Part shown: positions 28,050-30,127 of the stretch, piece by piece
How positions within the stretch are numbered: position 1 is the stretch's first letter
Layout of the letters: each line of letters opens with the position of its first letter
Assembly (NCBI GenBank): GCA_043740665.1
Contig: JAYUBX010000095.1
Location: 1 to 30,127 of the forward strand
DNA from: Candidatus Neomicrothrix sp.
Lineage (GTDB): Bacteria; Actinomycetota; Acidimicrobiia; Acidimicrobiales; Acidimicrobilacustridaceae
Direction of reading: 5' to 3'
Length of the DNA stretch: 30,127 nucleotides
Notes under the pieces: generated by a model
What the model saw: the letters and a program-made list of their open reading frames with translations, nothing else
Databases searched by the model: none
Told to the model about the DNA's origin: nothing
Program-made: the position numbers and the translations under genes

Positions 28050-28082
28050 GCGATATCCGTCCACGTTCGACAAGGAGCCACC

Positions 28083-28790
28083 ATGACCCAGGACGACACC
28101 AACCCGACTCGACTGGCCGACCCCCATCTCGCCGACCCCCATCTCGCCGACGACCCGGTCGAGGCCCCGCTCCAGTGCACCACCGGTCGCTGGATCAGCC
28201 TGCGCCCCGTGCGACCCGCTGACTATGACTTCATCCGGTCGGCCGAGCTGTCCGACGACCTCGGCCTGCGCTGGCGACACCGCGGGGCCACCCCGAGTCC
28301 CGAGGCCTTCGCTCACACGCTGTGGGCCGGCGTGCTCACCCAGTATCTGGTCGTGGCCAACGCCGATGACCGCGTGCTGGGCCTGGTCTGCGCCTACGAC
28401 GCCGATCTGCGGGCCGGTACCTGCTTCATCGGTTTCGCTCGGTTCGATCGCCGGGACCGCTCGCCGGGACTCGTCGAGGGCGTGCTGCTGCTGACCGACC
28501 ACCTCTTCACCCACTGGCCGTTTCGCAAGCTCTACGGCGAGAGCCTCGAGTTCAACCTGCCCGAGTTTGGGGCCGGGCTGGGCACGCTGCTGGTCGAGGA
28601 GGGTCGACTCCGCGAGCACATGTTCGCCGGTGGCCGCTACTGGGATCTCTGCTATCTCGCGCTCTATCGCGACACTTGGCTGACCCATCGAGACTGGCTG
28701 CTGCCTCGGATGCCGGTCGGCCATGGCGACGGTGAACCGACCGACCGCCCGACCCGGCTGTTCGTGTCGATCCCCACCCCCGCATCGTGA
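28083..28790 (+). CDS. GNAT-family (RimJ/RimL-like) acyltransferase
   Basis: ISLRPVRPADY, HLFTHWPFRKLY, EEGRLREH...GRYWD...LY. SD AAGGAG 28072-28077. Confidence 0.85.
   Translation: MTQDDTNPTRLADPHLADPHLADDPVEAPLQCTTGRWISLRPVRPADYDFIRSAELSDDLGLRWRHRGATPSPEAFAHTLWAGVLTQYLVVANADDRVLGLVCAYDADLRAGTCFIGFARFDRRDRSPGLVEGVLLLTDHLFTHWPFRKLYGESLEFNLPEFGAGLGTLLVEEGRLREHMFAGGRYWDLCYLALYRDTWLTHRDWLLPRMPVGHGDGEPTDRPTRLFVSIPTPAS
28116..28151 (+). repeat. 15-bp tandem repeat (x2.4) encoding ADPHL-ADPHL-AD in the GNAT N-terminus
   Basis: GCCGACCCCCATCTC at 28116 and 28131, plus GCCGAC. Confidence 0.9.
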
Positions 28791-29047
28791 CCGCCGTGCC
28801 CGACTTCGACGAGGTCGCCCGAGCCGTGGCTGATCGGCTCGGCCGATCGCTCTCCGACCTCACCCCCGACGCGCTGCTGGCCGCGGCGGTCTGTCGCGAC
28901 GCAACCGATCTGTACCAACTGCACCTGGTTCTCGACGGTTGGGTTCCCGGCTTCGAGCTGCCCGAGCAACTCGAGCGAGCCACGTTGGGTGATGCCCACT
29001 ACTACCTGGTCGCCCGCCTGGCCCAGATGGCGAGCGCGCCGACCTGA
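28787..29047 (+). CDS. Acyl-carrier-protein-like small protein with Ala at the expected phosphopantetheine Ser
   Basis: 86 aa, helical, acidic; ACP-like layout (FDEVARAVADRLG...LTPDALL...CRDATDLYQL...ATLGDAHYYL); GTGA-coupled to the GNAT. Confidence 0.55.
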   Translation: MTAVPDFDEVARAVADRLGRSLSDLTPDALLAAAVCRDATDLYQLHLVLDGWVPGFELPEQLERATLGDAHYYLVARLAQMASAPT

Positions 29048-29059
29048 CGAGCGCGCTGA

Positions 29060-29437
29060 CTAGCGCGTTTTGTCCAGGAACCGTTCGGCGTCGACGATCA
29101 CTCGGGTGACCCGGCCGACGGCGACCAGGCCTCGCTCATCGTTGACCGACACGGTGAAGGTGATGCGGCGGCCGGCGATCTTCTCGACGCAGGCCTCGGT
29201 CGTCACCGTGTGGCCAGTCGCGGTGGGGGCGAGGTGGTCGATCTGCACCTTGGTGCCCACCGTGGTCTCGCCCGGTTGCAGCTCGCCCTCGACGGCGACG
29301 AACGAGGCTTCCTCGCACAGGGCGATGACTCGGGGCGTGGCCAACACCGGTACCGAACCGGTGCGCATGGCGAGGGCTGTGTCGTCGTCGACGACGAGAT
29401 GATCGAGCGTGGCACTCAGGCCGGGTGTCACGGGCAC
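29060..29437 (-). CDS. FlK-type (fluoroacetyl-CoA thioesterase-like) hotdog thioesterase
   Basis: VLATPRVIALCEEA (Thr/Glu), TVGT.V.IDHLAPT (His). TATCGT 6 nt before GTG 29437. Confidence 0.88.
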   Translation of the reverse strand: MPVTPGLSATLDHLVVDDDTALAMRTGSVPVLATPRVIALCEEASFVAVEGELQPGETTVGTKVQIDHLAPTATGHTVTTEACVEKIAGRRITFTVSVNDERGLVAVGRVTRVIVDAERFLDKTR

Positions 29438-29562
29438 CGCGGTACGATAAGCAACCCGCTGCCTGTCCGGCCAATGCACCCGATTCGTCTGGCTTCGCGC
29501 CTGGGTCAGGGGCACACCGGTCGTCGGCTGGTTCGCTCGACCAACGCCAGAGAGGCCATCGC

Positions 29563-30127
29563 GTGATCGAAGAGTCTGTCATCAGCCGAACGCTCGGCAC
29601 CGCGCTCAACACCGGCGGCGACTTCGCCGAGATCTTCGTGGAGGACAAGCGGTCCTCGTCGGCGGTGCTCGACGACGGCAAGGTCGAAGAACTGACATCG
29701 GGTCGCGATCGGGGCGCAGGTATCCGGGTCGTCGTGGGCGACACCACCGGCTTCGCCCACACCGCCGATCTGAGCGAGTCGGGTCTGGCGGCGGCCGCCG
29801 CGGCCGCCGCCGCCGCGGCCCGTGGCGGCGGCGGTGGCACCCGCACGATTGATCTGACCCGTCGCACCGTCCCGGCCCCGAACGTGGTCGAGATCATGCC
29901 GGGCGACGTGCCCAAGGCCCGCAAGGTCGAGTTGCTGATCCGGGCCGACGAGGCCGCCCGAGCGCAGGGCGGGGCCATCAGCCAGGTGTCGGCCAGCTAC
30001 GGCGACAGCCGTCGCCGCATCCTGGTGGCCAACAGCGACGGCCTGCTGGCGGCCGACGACCAGGTCAAGACCTTCTTCGCGGTGTCGTGCATCGCCACCG
30101 GCGATACCGGCATGCAGACCGGCCGCG
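29563..30127 (+). CDS. tldD: TldD/PmbA-family metalloprotease, truncated by the window edge
   Basis: Not in the ORF track. Manual translation from GTG 29563: GGDFAEIFVED...LDDGKVEELTSGRDRGAGIRVVVGDTTGFAHT...ILVANSDG. Confidence 0.9.
   Translation, partial: MIEESVISRTLGTALNTGGDFAEIFVEDKRSSSAVLDDGKVEELTSGRDRGAGIRVVVGDTTGFAHTADLSESGLAAAAAAAAAAARGGGGGTRTIDLTRRTVPAPNVVEIMPGDVPKARKVELLIRADEAARAQGGAISQVSASYGDSRRRILVANSDGLLAADDQVKTFFAVSCIATGDTGMQTGR

Noticed and set aside
21811-29060. Possible att repeats bounding the switch/secreted-protein locus
   Set aside because: I found no convincing direct repeat shared by both ends. CGAGCGCGCCGAC/CGAGCGCGCTGAC (29031, 29048) is a local near-tandem only, and no integrase is present, so mobility is unsupported.
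29787-29838. GCC/GCG/GGC run resembling a microsatellite
   Set aside because: Encodes the Ala/Gly-rich helix-linker of TldD in frame; ordinary low complexity.
29060-30127. Thioesterase and TldD as part of the accessory cluster (acyl release, RiPP leader processing)
   Set aside because: The thioesterase is convergent to the operon and divergent from tldD with its own promoter; both are common housekeeping genes. Adjacency alone is insufficient.

Overview
GC-rich bacterial DNA; gene content and promoter style point to an actinobacterium, possibly Acidimicrobiia (inference, not database-checked). No rRNA, tRNA, CRISPR array, integrase or transposase was seen. Most of 1-21.8 kb and 29.06-30.1 kb is ordinary housekeeping DNA: degenerate GGDEF protein, USP, mycothiol-linked enzymes, crotonase, C69 peptidase, two ABC exporters, ABC-F, glycosyltransferase, SDR, nfuA, dxs, PAP2, alpha/beta hydrolase, FlK-type thioesterase and tldD. 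Two accessory regions stand out. (1) A 1.6-kb decayed insert at the 3' end of nfuA, bracketed by an exact 23-bp direct repeat (16186-16208 and 17783-17805) and carrying a heavily frameshifted AAA-ATPase/PD-(D/E)XK pseudogene. (2) A ~7-kb locus (21988-29047), the best candidate for an undescribed system. A phage/ICE-like switch (HExxH ImmA/IrrE-type protease, XRE repressor, divergent Cro-like HTH) has no mobility genes. It sits upstream of a tightly coupled operon encoding a Sec-type two-Cys secreted protein, an extracytoplasmic protein, an ABC ATPase with two permeases, a GNAT and an ACP-like protein lacking the phosphopantetheine Ser. The Cro-like HTH reads in frame into the secreted protein. 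Many genes appear leaderless (TANNNT 6-8 nt before the start codon), which I used to refine starts. All product calls come from motif recognition by eye; no searches were run.
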